A stretch of DNA of 60,175 nt from Gemmatimonadales bacterium (GCA_045403135.1 JAXIPC010000004.1:1-60175); one strand, 5' to 3'; counted from the first letter of the stretch, positions 1 to 9,288 are shown. Numbers and translations are program-made. The notes: generated by a model from the letters alone, not told the origin.

Positions 1-1827
1 GAGCGCCTCCTCCCCGCCGGCCGGACGGACCGCAGCCTGAGCGTTCTGGCTCGGTTGAGCCCGGGCGTCAGCGTCGGAACGGCAACAGCAGAGCTGGCGA
101 CTCTCGCCCAGCGCGCCGAACAGATTAGCCCGGGCACGACCAAAGGCTGGGGCGCCAGGGCGATGGTGCTCCAGAAGTACCTGGCCGATGAGTTCAAGGT
201 CGCCATGAGAATCCAGATGGGCGCCGTGCTGCTTGTCCTGCTCATCGCGTGCGCCAACATCGCCAGCCTGCAGTTGACCCGCGCGGCCGCGCGCCAAACG
301 GAAATCGCGGTGCGCACGGCACTTGGCGCCAGTCGTTTCCGGCTGGTCCGCCAGTTGATGGCCGAAAGTCTCCTCGTCGCTCTTATCGGGGCCGCGCTGG
401 GCCTCCTGCTCGCCTGGTGGGGTGTGCGCGCTTTCCGTAACGCGCTCAGCTGGGGTGACTATGTCAGTGAAATGGCGCGCGAGATTTCCATCGATTACAA
501 CGTGCTCGCCTACACCCTCGGCATCTCGGTTCTTGCCGCACTCCTGTTTGGCCTGGCCCCGGCTTTTCAGCAGACGGCCGTCAATCTCCACTCGATGCTC
601 AAAGAGGGAGGCCGGAGCAACTCACAGGGCAGGGCCCGGCACCGCGCACTTAGCGCACTGGTGGCCGCGCAAGTCGCCCTGGCGCTCGCGCTCCTGACCG
701 GTGCGGGGCTCATGACGTGGGGGGGGGTACACAAACTTTACGCGGGGCTCGGAATCGATCCGAAGCAGGTTCTGACGGCAAACATCCGGCTTTCGAACGA
801 CCAGTACAAAGCTCCTTCAATGCAAGCGGCCTTCTTCCAGGAGGCCACCGAGCGGCTCGAAGCACTTCCCGGCGTGATCTCGGCGGGTGGCACGACGGCC
901 CTGCTGCCTCTCGAGGGAGCACGCGTCGTCACGTTCAGTATCGCAGGCCAGGCCGTGTTGCCACGCCAGGACCGAGCCAAGACGGATCATTTTTCTGTCA
1001 CCCCCCGGTTTCTCGAGACGCTTCGCGTCCCGCTGCTGCGTGGCCGCAGCGTTGGCTCTCACGACAATACCCAGGCACCACCGGTCGCCGTGGTCAACCA
1101 GGCATTTGTGCGGCGTTATTTTCCGAACGAAGAGCCCGTCGGAAAGCACCTGCGACTCGATACCGGCGACTCCGACCGTACGGACTGGAGCGAAATCGTG
1201 GGAGTGGTGGGCAACATCAACGAGTTGTCCGAAGAGTGGGAAGAGCGGCCCCAGGTGTACGAGTCTTACCTTCAGAGGCCCTCAGCGGCCATGACCCTCG
1301 TCGTCCGGACGACGTCGGACCCCGCGGACTTTGCGCCCTCCTTGCGCCGTGCCATCTGGGACGTTGACGGCGATCAACCGATCACTCGGGTCCAAACCAT
1401 GGAACAGGTGGTCGCCTACGGTCGCGCCGCGGGCGTCATCGTGATGACCCTGTTGGGTTCCTTCGCGGGTTTGGCGCTGGCTATGGCGGTGGTAGGTGTC
1501 TTCGCCCTGATGGCTTACACGGTGGCGCAGCGGACCCATGAGATCGGAATCCGCATGGCGCTTGGAGCCCAGAGAAACAGCGTGCTGCGAATGGTCGCGA
1601 GGAAAGGAGTTGCCCTTGGAGCCATGGGCGTGGGAATCGGCCTTGTGCTGGCAGCTCCGCTAGCGTTGCTACCGACTGGTATAGCGCCGGGCATGCCCTT
1701 CAATCAACGCGCGGGCGTTGTCCTTGCTGCGGGTGTACTGCTTTGGCTCGTGGCACTTCTGGCCAGCTACACCCCCGCGCGCCGCGCCACCAGGATCGAC
1801 CCTACGGTGGCGCTGCGGTGCGAATGA
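1..1827 (+). CDS. ABC transporter permease, duplicated FtsX/MacB type (ADOP-like), 5' end outside window
   Basis: Frame 1 is open from nt 1 (..VLARLSPGVSVGTATAEL.. MacB-like periplasmic segment). Two FtsX-type motifs: ..ACANIASLQLTRAAARQTEIAVRTALGASR.. and ..MAYTVAQRTHEIGIRMALGAQR..; C-terminal TM helices. Confidence 0.8.
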   Translation, partial: ERLLPAGRTDRSLSVLARLSPGVSVGTATAELATLAQRAEQISPGTTKGWGARAMVLQKYLADEFKVAMRIQMGAVLLVLLIACANIASLQLTRAAARQTEIAVRTALGASRFRLVRQLMAESLLVALIGAALGLLLAWWGVRAFRNALSWGDYVSEMAREISIDYNVLAYTLGISVLAALLFGLAPAFQQTAVNLHSMLKEGGRSNSQGRARHRALSALVAAQVALALALLTGAGLMTWGGVHKLYAGLGIDPKQVLTANIRLSNDQYKAPSMQAAFFQEATERLEALPGVISAGGTTALLPLEGARVVTFSIAGQAVLPRQDRAKTDHFSVTPRFLETLRVPLLRGRSVGSHDNTQAPPVAVVNQAFVRRYFPNEEPVGKHLRLDTGDSDRTDWSEIVGVVGNINELSEEWEERPQVYESYLQRPSAAMTLVVRTTSDPADFAPSLRRAIWDVDGDQPITRVQTMEQVVAYGRAAGVIVMTLLGSFAGLALAMAVVGVFALMAYTVAQRTHEIGIRMALGAQRNSVLRMVARKGVALGAMGVGIGLVLAAPLALLPTGIAPGMPFNQRAGVVLAAGVLLWLVALLASYTPARRATRIDPTVALRCE

Positions 1828-1963
1828 CGTCGCGCAATGGATTGAGTCACGAGTTGGTTTGAACGGTTGTTCCTACGGCAGCGGGTGTCTAGGGAGCTGC
1901 CCGAAGGAATCCCCGGCGCATCTCGCGGAGAATACCACTCATTCAAAGGAAGAGGTGAGGATT

Positions 1964-2128
1964 ATGAAGACCACGCTGTTGTCTCTCGTCGTGGCCGTGC
2001 TCGGGACTCCGCTTTTGGCGTTCGCCGCAAACCCTCCCACTGACGGATTCTGCTCGAATGCCTCGGTCACGGCCAAGACCGTGATCAATATCCTGCTGGC
2101 GTTAAGAGGGCTGGGGCCGATCTGCTGA
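1964..2128 (+). CDS. small secreted peptide (54 aa), signal peptide plus 33-aa mature part with 2 Cys
   Basis: Strong SD (GGAAGAGGTGAGG) 5-8 nt before ATG 1964. N-terminal signal MKTTLLSLVVAVLGTPLLAFA/ANPP. Followed by two perfect hairpins. No recognisable family. Confidence 0.45.
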   Translation: MKTTLLSLVVAVLGTPLLAFAANPPTDGFCSNASVTAKTVINILLALRGLGPIC

Positions 2129-2141
2129 TCCACCATCAAAC

Positions 2142-2163
2142 GGGGCGGCCTTGAGGCCGCCCC
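2142..2163 (+). terminator. GC-rich hairpin (9-bp stem GGGGCGGCC / GGCCGCCCC, loop TTGA)
   Basis: Perfect inverted repeat 14 nt after the small ORF stop; weak T tract. Confidence 0.45.
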
Positions 2164-2215
2164 AGCTTCGTCGCACGGTGCCCGATAAGGGGACTGCCCA
2201 GATCGAGGCGAACTC

Positions 2216-2245
2216 ACGACGGCCACCCAATTGGGTGGCCGTCGT
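2216..2245 (+). terminator. hairpin with 13-bp perfect stem (ACGACGGCCACCC AATT GGGTGGCCGTCGT) followed by CCGTTTCTCC
   Basis: Perfect inverted repeat read directly; T-rich tail. Confidence 0.55.
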
Positions 2246-2296
2246 CCGTTTCTCCACAACCACTGCGAAATGAGATAACTTGTGAACGGCTAACTC

Positions 2297-2325
2297 TTGA
2301 TATTTGAGGCTATTAGAGACATATT
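2297..2325 (+). promoter_or_regulatory. putative sigma-70-type promoter (TTGATA - 17 nt - CATATT) for the DUF512-der operon
   Basis: AT-rich 75-bp spacer. The -10 ends 9 nt before ATG 2335 and there is no SD, suggesting a very short or absent leader. Confidence 0.3.
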
Positions 2326-2334
2326 CTCCGTCCC

Positions 2335-3612
2335 ATGATCAAGGTTACCCAGGTCCAGCCCGGCTCCATTGCCGAGGAGCTCGGGCTCAGGCCAGGCACC
2401 GAGCTCGTTTCGGTGAACGGTCGCGAGATCGACGATTTCCTCGATTGGCAGTTCCTCACCGCCGACGAGGAGTTCACCCTCCACATCCGTCAGCCCGACG
2501 GCCAGGCCATCGAGTTCGAGATCGAGCGTCCCCTCACCGAGCCGCTCGGCGTGGCGGTCGAGCCGGCGCGGATCCGCCGCTGCGCCAACCGCTGTGACTT
2601 CTGCTTCGTGGACGGGCTGCCCGAAGGGCTCCGAGAGGTGTTGTACATCCGGGACGACGATTACCGGCTATCGTTCCAGTACGGCAATTTCGCCACCCTG
2701 ACCAACCTCAAGCCGGCCGACGAGGCCCGGATCATCGAATACCGGCTCTCGCCGCTGTATGTCTCGGTGCACGCCACCGACCCGGTGATTCGCCGCTGGC
2801 TGCTCCGTAACCCCACCGCGCCAGACATCCTGCCGCAGCTCGGCCGGTTCGCCGAGCACGGGCTCAAGTTCCACACCCAGATCGTCCTGTCGCCCGGTGT
2901 CAACGACGGCGCCGTGATGGAGCAGACCCTGGCGGACCTGTACGACTTCGGCTCTCCCATCCTGGGCGTGTCGATCGTCCCGGTGGGCCTCACGGAATTC
3001 AGCAAACACAGCCGGGTGCGGGAGCCGACGCCCGAGGAGTGCCGGGCGGCGGCGCGCCGGCTCACCGTCTGGCAGCAGCGCGCCGTGACGGAGCGGGGCG
3101 TGCCTTGGGTCTACGGCGCCGACGAGCTCTATCTCCGGGCCGAGCTGCCGCTGCCGCCCGAAGCGAGCTACGGGGACTTCGACCAGGTCGAAAACGGCGT
3201 GGGGTCGGTGCGATTCCTCCAGCGCCGCATCCGCGAGGATGCCGGGCTGTTCACCGAGTGGGCCGGCCGGCGCATTGGCGTGGTCACCGGCACCTCCATG
3301 GGGCGGCTGATGCCGCAGGTGCTCGGACCACTCGAGGAAACGTCGGGAGCCCGGCTCGAGCTCATCGTGGTCGAGAACGGGCTCTTCGGCCCCCGCGTGA
3401 CGACCGCGGGGCTCCTGCCCGGGAAGTCGATCGCCGAGACGCTCGCGGGCCGGAGTGATCTGGATTTGATCCTCCTCCCCGGCGAGTGCCTCAACGACGA
3501 CTACCTCTTCATCGACAGCATGAGCGCCGACGAGCTGGCCGCCGGTGTGCCGGTTCCGCTCCGGTTCAGCAAGGATTTCAGCGATGCGCTGGAAGCCGGA
3601 GCCGCGGCGTGA
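2335..3612 (+). CDS. PDZ domain / DUF512 radical-SAM-like protein
   Basis: N-terminal PDZ-like (VQPGSIAEELGLRPGTELVSVNG), then CANRCDFCFVDGLPEGLREVLYIRDDDYRLSFQYGNFATLTN, typical of DUF512. Conserved position upstream of der. Confidence 0.75.
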   Translation: MIKVTQVQPGSIAEELGLRPGTELVSVNGREIDDFLDWQFLTADEEFTLHIRQPDGQAIEFEIERPLTEPLGVAVEPARIRRCANRCDFCFVDGLPEGLREVLYIRDDDYRLSFQYGNFATLTNLKPADEARIIEYRLSPLYVSVHATDPVIRRWLLRNPTAPDILPQLGRFAEHGLKFHTQIVLSPGVNDGAVMEQTLADLYDFGSPILGVSIVPVGLTEFSKHSRVREPTPEECRAAARRLTVWQQRAVTERGVPWVYGADELYLRAELPLPPEASYGDFDQVENGVGSVRFLQRRIREDAGLFTEWAGRRIGVVTGTSMGRLMPQVLGPLEETSGARLELIVVENGLFGPRVTTAGLLPGKSIAETLAGRSDLDLILLPGECLNDDYLFIDSMSADELAAGVPVPLRFSKDFSDALEAGAAA

Positions 3613-4931
3613 GCAAGCCCACCGTGGCCATCGTGGGACGGCCCAACGTCGGGAAATCGACGCTGTTCAACCGGATACTAGGGGGCCGCGCCGCCATCGT
3701 GTCGGAGCACGCCGGCACCACGCGGGACCGTCACTTCGGAGATGCCGAATGGGCCGGCCGGGCCTTCTGGCTGGTGGACACCGGTGGCATGGTGCCCGAT
3801 TCGAGCGAAGCGATGGACAAGGCCATCCGTCGGCAGGTCGAGCTCGCGCTGGCCGAGGCCGACCTGATCCTGTTCGTGGTGGACGGGAGGGAAGGGGTGC
3901 ACCCGGTCGACCAGGCGGTGGCCGAACGGCTGCGCCGCGCCCGGCGCCCGGTGCTCCTCGCGGTGAACAAGCTGGACGACGGGAGCAGCCAGGTGCACGC
4001 CCATGAGTTCCATTCGCTAGGGTTCGGCGACCCCCAGGCCGTCTCCGCCTCGGTAGGTACCAGGAGCGGCGACCTACTGGACCAGATCGTCGCCAAGCTG
4101 CCGCCGCCCTCCGCCACGGAGCCGGAAGAGTCGGTGAACATCGCGATCGTGGGGCGGCCCAACGCGGGCAAGTCCTCGCTCGCCAACCGGCTGCTCGGCG
4201 AGGAGCGCTATGTCGTCCATGCGGAAGCCGGCACCACCCGCGATGCGGTGGACTCCATCCTCCGGCACGAGGGCACTCTGCTGCGGTTCATCGATACCGC
4301 GGGGTTGCGTCGCCGCGCCAAAGTCGAGGACGACGTCGAGTTCTACTCGACCCTGCGGACCCAGCGGGCCATCGAACAGGCCGAGGTGTGCATCCTGGTG
4401 GTGGACGCGCTGCTCGGACTGCACAATCAGGATCTGCGCATCGCGACCGAGGCCTGGGAGCGGGGGGCGGGGCTGGTCATCGCGGTCAACAAATGGGATC
4501 TGATCGAGGAAAAGGACTCCAACACGGCCAAGCGGGGGGAAGAGCAGCTGGTCAAGAAAGCCCCCTTCCTGCACTACGTACCGTTCGTCTACATCTCGGC
4601 GCTCACCGGGCAGCGCGTCCGGAAGGTGCTCGATGTGGCCCTCGAGGTAGCCGCGGCGCGCCGGCACCGGATCAACACCGCGGAAGTGAACCAGGTGCTG
4701 GGAGATCTGGTGCAGCGGCAGCAGCCGCCCCAGAAGGCCGGTGAAGAGGTGAAGCTGGTGTATGCGTCCCAGATCGGCACCGCGCCGCCGTCGTTTGCCA
4801 TCGTGTCCAACCGCCCGGACGACGTGCCGGAGTCGTACCAGCGCTATCTCCTCCATGGGTTCCGCAGCGCGTGGGGGTTCACCGGCGCGCCGGTTCGACT
4901 CAAGTTTTCGATGAAGAGCGGGCGGCGATGA
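3609..4931 (+). CDS. der: ribosome-associated GTPase Der/EngA
   Basis: Two GTPase domains (GRPNVGKSTLFN; GRPNAGKSSLAN) plus KH-like C-terminus. GTG 3609 overlaps the upstream stop (GTGA). Confidence 0.9.
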   Translation: MSKPTVAIVGRPNVGKSTLFNRILGGRAAIVSEHAGTTRDRHFGDAEWAGRAFWLVDTGGMVPDSSEAMDKAIRRQVELALAEADLILFVVDGREGVHPVDQAVAERLRRARRPVLLAVNKLDDGSSQVHAHEFHSLGFGDPQAVSASVGTRSGDLLDQIVAKLPPPSATEPEESVNIAIVGRPNAGKSSLANRLLGEERYVVHAEAGTTRDAVDSILRHEGTLLRFIDTAGLRRRAKVEDDVEFYSTLRTQRAIEQAEVCILVVDALLGLHNQDLRIATEAWERGAGLVIAVNKWDLIEEKDSNTAKRGEEQLVKKAPFLHYVPFVYISALTGQRVRKVLDVALEVAAARRHRINTAEVNQVLGDLVQRQQPPQKAGEEVKLVYASQIGTAPPSFAIVSNRPDDVPESYQRYLLHGFRSAWGFTGAPVRLKFSMKSGRR

Positions 4932-5530
4932 GCGATCTCCTGCCCTGGGTGCTGGCGTCGTATCTGATCGGGGCCATCCCCACCAGCTACCTCGCGGTCC
5001 GCATTGTGAAAGGGCAGGATCTCCGAACCCTCGGAAGCAGGAATGTCGGCGCCACCAATCTCTATCGCGTGTTGGGCTGGCGGTACGCCGTACCGGTCGG
5101 ACTGTTCGATATGCTCAAGGGTGCCGTGCCAGTGCTCGCCTTTGCGCCCCGCGCCGGTGGCGGAGACCAGGTAGCGCTCCTGTTGGGCGCCGCCGCGGTG
5201 ATCGGGCACGTGTTCCCGGTCTTCCTCAAATTTCGGGGCGGTAAAGGTGTCGCCACCGGGGCCGGAGTCGTGCTCGGGCTGGCGCCGTGGGCCTTTCTCG
5301 TCGCTCTGGTCACCTGGTTATTGGTGGTGAAGGCGAGCGGTTACGTCTCGCTCGCGAGCATCCTGGCCGCGCTGGTCCTTCCACCGGCTGTCTATCTGCT
5401 GCACCTGGAGCGGCGCCAGCTGGTCCCGCTCTTCCTGGGCCTGACCGCGCTCGTCATCGTGATGCACGTGAAGAATATCCGCCGGCTGCTCTCGGGTACC
5501 GAGCACCGCTTCGGGCAGCGCCCCGCATGA
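4928..5530 (+). CDS. plsY: glycerol-3-phosphate acyltransferase PlsY
   Basis: MSDLLPWVLASYLIGAIPTSYL.., GSRNVGATN, GGKGVATG; polytopic. ATGA overlap with der. Confidence 0.9.
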   Translation: MSDLLPWVLASYLIGAIPTSYLAVRIVKGQDLRTLGSRNVGATNLYRVLGWRYAVPVGLFDMLKGAVPVLAFAPRAGGGDQVALLLGAAAVIGHVFPVFLKFRGGKGVATGAGVVLGLAPWAFLVALVTWLLVVKASGYVSLASILAALVLPPAVYLLHLERRQLVPLFLGLTALVIVMHVKNIRRLLSGTEHRFGQRPA

Positions 5531-6525
5531 CCTCGGTGGCAGTGCTTGGCGCCGGCAGCTGGGGCACCGCGCTGGCCGATCTCCTGGCCGCGAAGGGCGT
5601 CGACGTGCTGCTTTGGTGCTACGAGTCCGAGGTGGCCGAAGCCATCAACCGGGACCACCGAAATCCGGTGTATCTGCCTGGCGCCGAGCTCTCCCTGTCG
5701 CTCACGGCCACGTCGGATCCCGTGCACACTGTCCGGGGACGTGACGTGGTCGTTTCGGCGAGTCCCAGTCAGATGGTGCGCAGCGTTCTGTCGCCTCTGG
5801 CCGGCGCCGTGGAAACCGATGCGCTGGTGGTCGGGGTTAGCAAGGGGATCGAGAACGGCACCCTCAAGACCATGTCCGAGGTGTGCGCCGAGGCCCTCCC
5901 CGGACGGCCATACGTCATCATGTCCGGGCCGAGCTTTGCCGAGGAGGTCGCGCAGCGCCAGCCCACGGCGGTGGTCGCCGCCTCCCGGAGCCCCGTGGCG
6001 GCGGAGCAGGCGCAGCAACTCTTCTCAACCAGCACCTTTCGGGTCTATACCAGCGGGGATGTCACCGGCACCGAGCTCGCCGGCTCGTTCAAGAACGTGA
6101 TCGCCATCGCCGCGGGGATGTGCGATGGACTCGGACTCGGCAACAATCCGCGCGCCGCGCTCATCACCCGCGGCCTGGCGGAGATGACCCGACTCGGCGT
6201 GGCACTCGGCGCTGACCCCCGAACCTTCTCAGGCTTGGCCGGCGTCGGTGACCTGGTGCTCACCACCTGCGGCGCGCTTTCGCGTAACCGGTCGCTGGGC
6301 ATAGCGCTCGCCCGGGGCGACACACTCGAACACTTCACCGCGAGCCACCGTGCGGTGGTGGAGGGGGTCTACACGGCGCGCGTCGCGCTCGAGTTGGCCG
6401 ATCGCGCCGGGGTGGAAATGCCGATCGCGGCCAAGGTGGCTGAGTGCCTGTTCGAGGCCAAGCCCCCCCGCCTGGCGATCATGGAGCTCATGGAGCGAAC
6501 ACCTAAGCCGGAGCAGTGGACGTGA
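5527..6525 (+). CDS. gpsA: NAD(P)H-dependent glycerol-3-phosphate dehydrogenase
   Basis: VAVLGAGSWGTALA Rossmann motif, ..GLAGVGDLVLTC..SRN..G. ATGA overlap with plsY. Confidence 0.9.
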   Translation: MTSVAVLGAGSWGTALADLLAAKGVDVLLWCYESEVAEAINRDHRNPVYLPGAELSLSLTATSDPVHTVRGRDVVVSASPSQMVRSVLSPLAGAVETDALVVGVSKGIENGTLKTMSEVCAEALPGRPYVIMSGPSFAEEVAQRQPTAVVAASRSPVAAEQAQQLFSTSTFRVYTSGDVTGTELAGSFKNVIAIAAGMCDGLGLGNNPRAALITRGLAEMTRLGVALGADPRTFSGLAGVGDLVLTTCGALSRNRSLGIALARGDTLEHFTASHRAVVEGVYTARVALELADRAGVEMPIAAKVAECLFEAKPPRLAIMELMERTPKPEQWT

Positions 6526-6893
6526 CTCTGCCGCGGCCCACCCAGGAGTTTTTCTCGATTGGAGAAGTGTGCGCGCTGACCGACCTCAAGCCGCACGTGC
6601 TGCGCTATTGGGAGAGCCAGTTCCGGTTTCTCAATCCCGCTAAGAACCGGTCGGGCAACCGCGTCTACAAAAGCCGTGAGGTCGAGCTCATCATGCTCGT
6701 GAAGCACCTGCTCTACAACGAGAAATACACCATCGAAGGAGCCCGGCTCCGGATCGAGCAGTACCGCAAGAGCGGGGATCTCAAGTCCCAGGTCTCCCGC
6801 GCGGCCTCGCGCACGACCCTGCGCGAGCTGCGCGACCAGCTCGACGAGGTGCTCGAGCTGCTCGACGGCGCCCGGCCCCCGGAAGCGCCGTGA
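6516..6893 (+). CDS. MerR-family HTH transcriptional regulator (small)
   Basis: FSIGEVCALTDLKPHVLRYWESQFRFLNPAKNRSGNRVYKSREVE.. is a MerR-type HTH. The start (GTG 6516 or 6522) is uncertain. Confidence 0.7.
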   Translation: MDVTLPRPTQEFFSIGEVCALTDLKPHVLRYWESQFRFLNPAKNRSGNRVYKSREVELIMLVKHLLYNEKYTIEGARLRIEQYRKSGDLKSQVSRAASRTTLRELRDQLDEVLELLDGARPPEAP

Positions 6894-7639
6894 ACATCCT
6901 GGTCAGCAACGACGACGGGGTGAACGCGCCGGGAATCGCGCTGCTGTCGGATGCGTGCAGCGCGGTCGGGCAGGTGACCGTCGTGGCACCGGACCGAGAG
7001 CAGAGCGGGACGTCGCATTCCCTCACGCTCCATCGGCCGCTTCGGCCCATCCGCACCAAGGACGGGGCCTATCAGGTGGACGGGACACCCACGGACTGTG
7101 TGCTGCTCGCGGTCGGAGCCCTGATGCCTGAGCGTGCGGACTTCGTCTTCTCCGGCGTCAACCACGGTCCCAACATGGGCGAGGACGTGCTGTACTCCGG
7201 CACCGTGTCCGCGGCCATGGAGGCGGTGACGCTGGGCATTCCCGGCATCGCCTTCTCGTTCGCCAGCCGGGAGATCGACCTGCTCGCCTCCTACCGTGAT
7301 CTCCTGGCCGCCCTGGTTCGGCGCATCGTCACCGTCGACGAGTTCCCCAAGAACACGATCCTCAACGTCAACCTGCCCGGCATCGAGGCCCGCGAGGTGC
7401 GCGGCGTGCGGGTCACCAAGCTGGGCAGCCGGTTCTTCTCCGAGGGTCTAACCCGCATGAAAGATCCCTGGGGCAAGGAGGTCTTCTGGATCGGTGGGGG
7501 CGAGATCACCTGGACCGGCGACGAGGAGTCGGACCACCAAGCCGTGAAGGAGGGTTACATCTCGATCACGCCGCTCCACATGGATCTGACCAGCTACGAT
7601 TTCTTCGAGACGGTGCGGGGATGGGCGCTGGAAGGGTAG
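6890..7639 (+). CDS. surE: 5'/3'-nucleotidase SurE
   Basis: MNILVSNDDGVNAPGI.., ..SGVNHGPNMGEDVLYSGTVSAAMEA.. Confidence 0.9.
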   Translation: MNILVSNDDGVNAPGIALLSDACSAVGQVTVVAPDREQSGTSHSLTLHRPLRPIRTKDGAYQVDGTPTDCVLLAVGALMPERADFVFSGVNHGPNMGEDVLYSGTVSAAMEAVTLGIPGIAFSFASREIDLLASYRDLLAALVRRIVTVDEFPKNTILNVNLPGIEAREVRGVRVTKLGSRFFSEGLTRMKDPWGKEVFWIGGGEITWTGDEESDHQAVKEGYISITPLHMDLTSYDFFETVRGWALEG

Positions 7640-7641
7640 GG

Positions 7642-8295
7642 ATGGGGGACAGCTACGGCGGGTACCGGGCGCGCCTGGTCGAGACGCTCCGGGACAAAGG
7701 CATCCGGGACCTCGGCGTACTCCACGCGGTGGCCACGGTTCCGCGCCACCTGTTCGTTCCGGCCTCGGCACTGCACCGCGCCTACGAAGACTCCGCCTTG
7801 CCCATTGGGGCAGGGCAGACGATCTCGCAACCCTATGTCCAGGCCCGCTCCCTCGAGCTGCTGCGGCTTCGGGGTTCCGACCGGGTCCTCGAAGTGGGCG
7901 CCGGGTCGGGATACCAGACCGCGTTGCTGGGTTTCCTGGCGAGTACCGTTCTGGCCGTGGAGCGGCTTCCGGAGCTGGCCCGCTCGGCTCGGGAGGCGCT
8001 GATCGCCGCCGGCATCGGCAACGCCAGCGTGGTAGTGGGAGACGGCACCCTCGGCTGGCGCACCTACGCGCCATACAACGCGATCGTCGTGGCGGCCGCT
8101 TCCCCCGCGATCCCCGCGCCGCTCATCGAACAGCTCGCCGAAGGCGGGCGGATGGTGATCCCCCTCGGCGATCACGATCAGCAGGTGCTGACCCTGGTGG
8201 AGAAGGAGGCCGGTCGGGTGCGGACGACCACGGTCTCCGACGTGCGATTTGTGCCGCTGCTCGGTGAGTTCGGTTTTGACGACAAGGAAACCTGA
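7642..8295 (+). CDS. pcm: protein-L-isoaspartate O-methyltransferase
   Basis: ..VPRHLFVP.., SAM motif VLEVGAGSGYQTALL, ..GGRMVIPLG... ATG 7642 has a GGAAGGG SD; the alternative ATG 7621 overlaps surE. Confidence 0.85.
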   Translation: MGDSYGGYRARLVETLRDKGIRDLGVLHAVATVPRHLFVPASALHRAYEDSALPIGAGQTISQPYVQARSLELLRLRGSDRVLEVGAGSGYQTALLGFLASTVLAVERLPELARSAREALIAAGIGNASVVVGDGTLGWRTYAPYNAIVVAAASPAIPAPLIEQLAEGGRMVIPLGDHDQQVLTLVEKEAGRVRTTTVSDVRFVPLLGEFGFDDKET

Positions 8296-8936
8296 TGGAT
8301 TTTCTCAAGTCCGCCATCGACTTCTTCCTCCACCTCGACCGGCACCTCGCAGAGATCATTTCGCAGTACGGCACCTGGACCTACGCGATCCTGGCGGCGA
8401 TCCTCTTCTGCGAAACCGGTCTGGTGGTGACCCCGCTGCTTCCGGGCGATTCCTTGCTGTTTGCCGCCGGTACGTTCGCGGCACTGGGGTCGCTCGACCC
8501 CGGCATTCTCAACCTCCTGCTCTTCGCCGCGGTGCTCGCCGGAGACAATGTCAACTACTGGATCGGGCGCTGGGTGGGTCCTCGTGCCTTCACGGGAGAG
8601 ATCCGGTTCTTTCGCAAGGAATACCTGGATCGGACCCGCGCATTCTTCGGCCGGCACGGGGGGAAGACCATTATTCTGGCCCGCTTTATTCCCATCGTGA
8701 GGACGTTTACGCCCTTCGTGGCCGGCATCGGGGCGATGACCTACCCGCGGTTCCTGGTGTACAGCATCGCCGGCGGGGCGCTGTGGGTGTCTGGTTTCAT
8801 CTGGGCCGGGTATTTCTTCGGGAATCTGCCGGTCGTTCGCGACAACTTCAGCCTGGTCATCCTGGCCATCATCGGCGTCTCAGTCGTTCCCATCATCGTG
8901 GGAATCGTCCAGGAGCGGCGGAGCGCGCGGTCGTGA
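8295..8936 (+). CDS. DedA-family membrane protein
   Basis: ..LLPGDSLLFAAG.., ..ARFIPIVRTFTPFVAG..; multiple TM segments. Confidence 0.8.
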   Translation: MDFLKSAIDFFLHLDRHLAEIISQYGTWTYAILAAILFCETGLVVTPLLPGDSLLFAAGTFAALGSLDPGILNLLLFAAVLAGDNVNYWIGRWVGPRAFTGEIRFFRKEYLDRTRAFFGRHGGKTIILARFIPIVRTFTPFVAGIGAMTYPRFLVYSIAGGALWVSGFIWAGYFFGNLPVVRDNFSLVILAIIGVSVVPIIVGIVQERRSARS

Positions 8937-9202
8937 GGCGCCGGTACATCGTCGAAGGCGTGGTGCAGGGAGTCGGGTTCCGCTATTTCGTCCGGAGGCA
9001 GGCGATGCGCCTCGGGCTGGCGGGGTGGGTCCGGAACAACGACGACGGATCGGTAGAGGCGGAGGCCGCAGGGAGCGCCGACAAACTCGCGGAGTTCGAG
9101 GCCGAGCTCCGGCGGGGACCGACTTACGCTTCCGTCACGAGTCTACGGGTGGTTGAAGTTCCGGATGAGGTCGGCTTCTCAGGCTCGTTTGAGATAGTGT
9201 GA
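8933..9202 (+). CDS. acyP: acylphosphatase
   Basis: VEGVVQGVGFRYFV..GLAGWVRNNDDGSVE... GTG 8933 overlaps the dedA stop (GTGA). Confidence 0.8.
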   Translation: MRRRYIVEGVVQGVGFRYFVRRQAMRLGLAGWVRNNDDGSVEAEAAGSADKLAEFEAELRRGPTYASVTSLRVVEVPDEVGFSGSFEIV

Positions 9203-9215
9203 TCCTCCTCTTCAA

Positions 9216-9288
9216 GAGTCATCGCGAGGCCCAAGGGCCGAAGCGATCTCCGGGATTGCTTCGCCGCATAAGCGGCTCGCAATGACTC
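9216..9288. repeat. nested-palindrome intergenic repeat, full unit (copy A)
   Basis: Outer stem GAGTCATCGCGA / TCGCAATGACTC encloses three hairpins (GGCC-CAAG-GGCC; GAAGCGATC-TCCGG-GATTGCTTC; GCCGC-ATAA-GCGGC). Related copies at 30221-30295 and 43568-43596. Confidence 0.7.

Noticed and set aside
1939-2259. 106-aa - strand ORF in the low-GC mini-island
   Set aside because: It has no SD, spans both terminator hairpins, and is antisense to the much better supported small secreted-peptide ORF.
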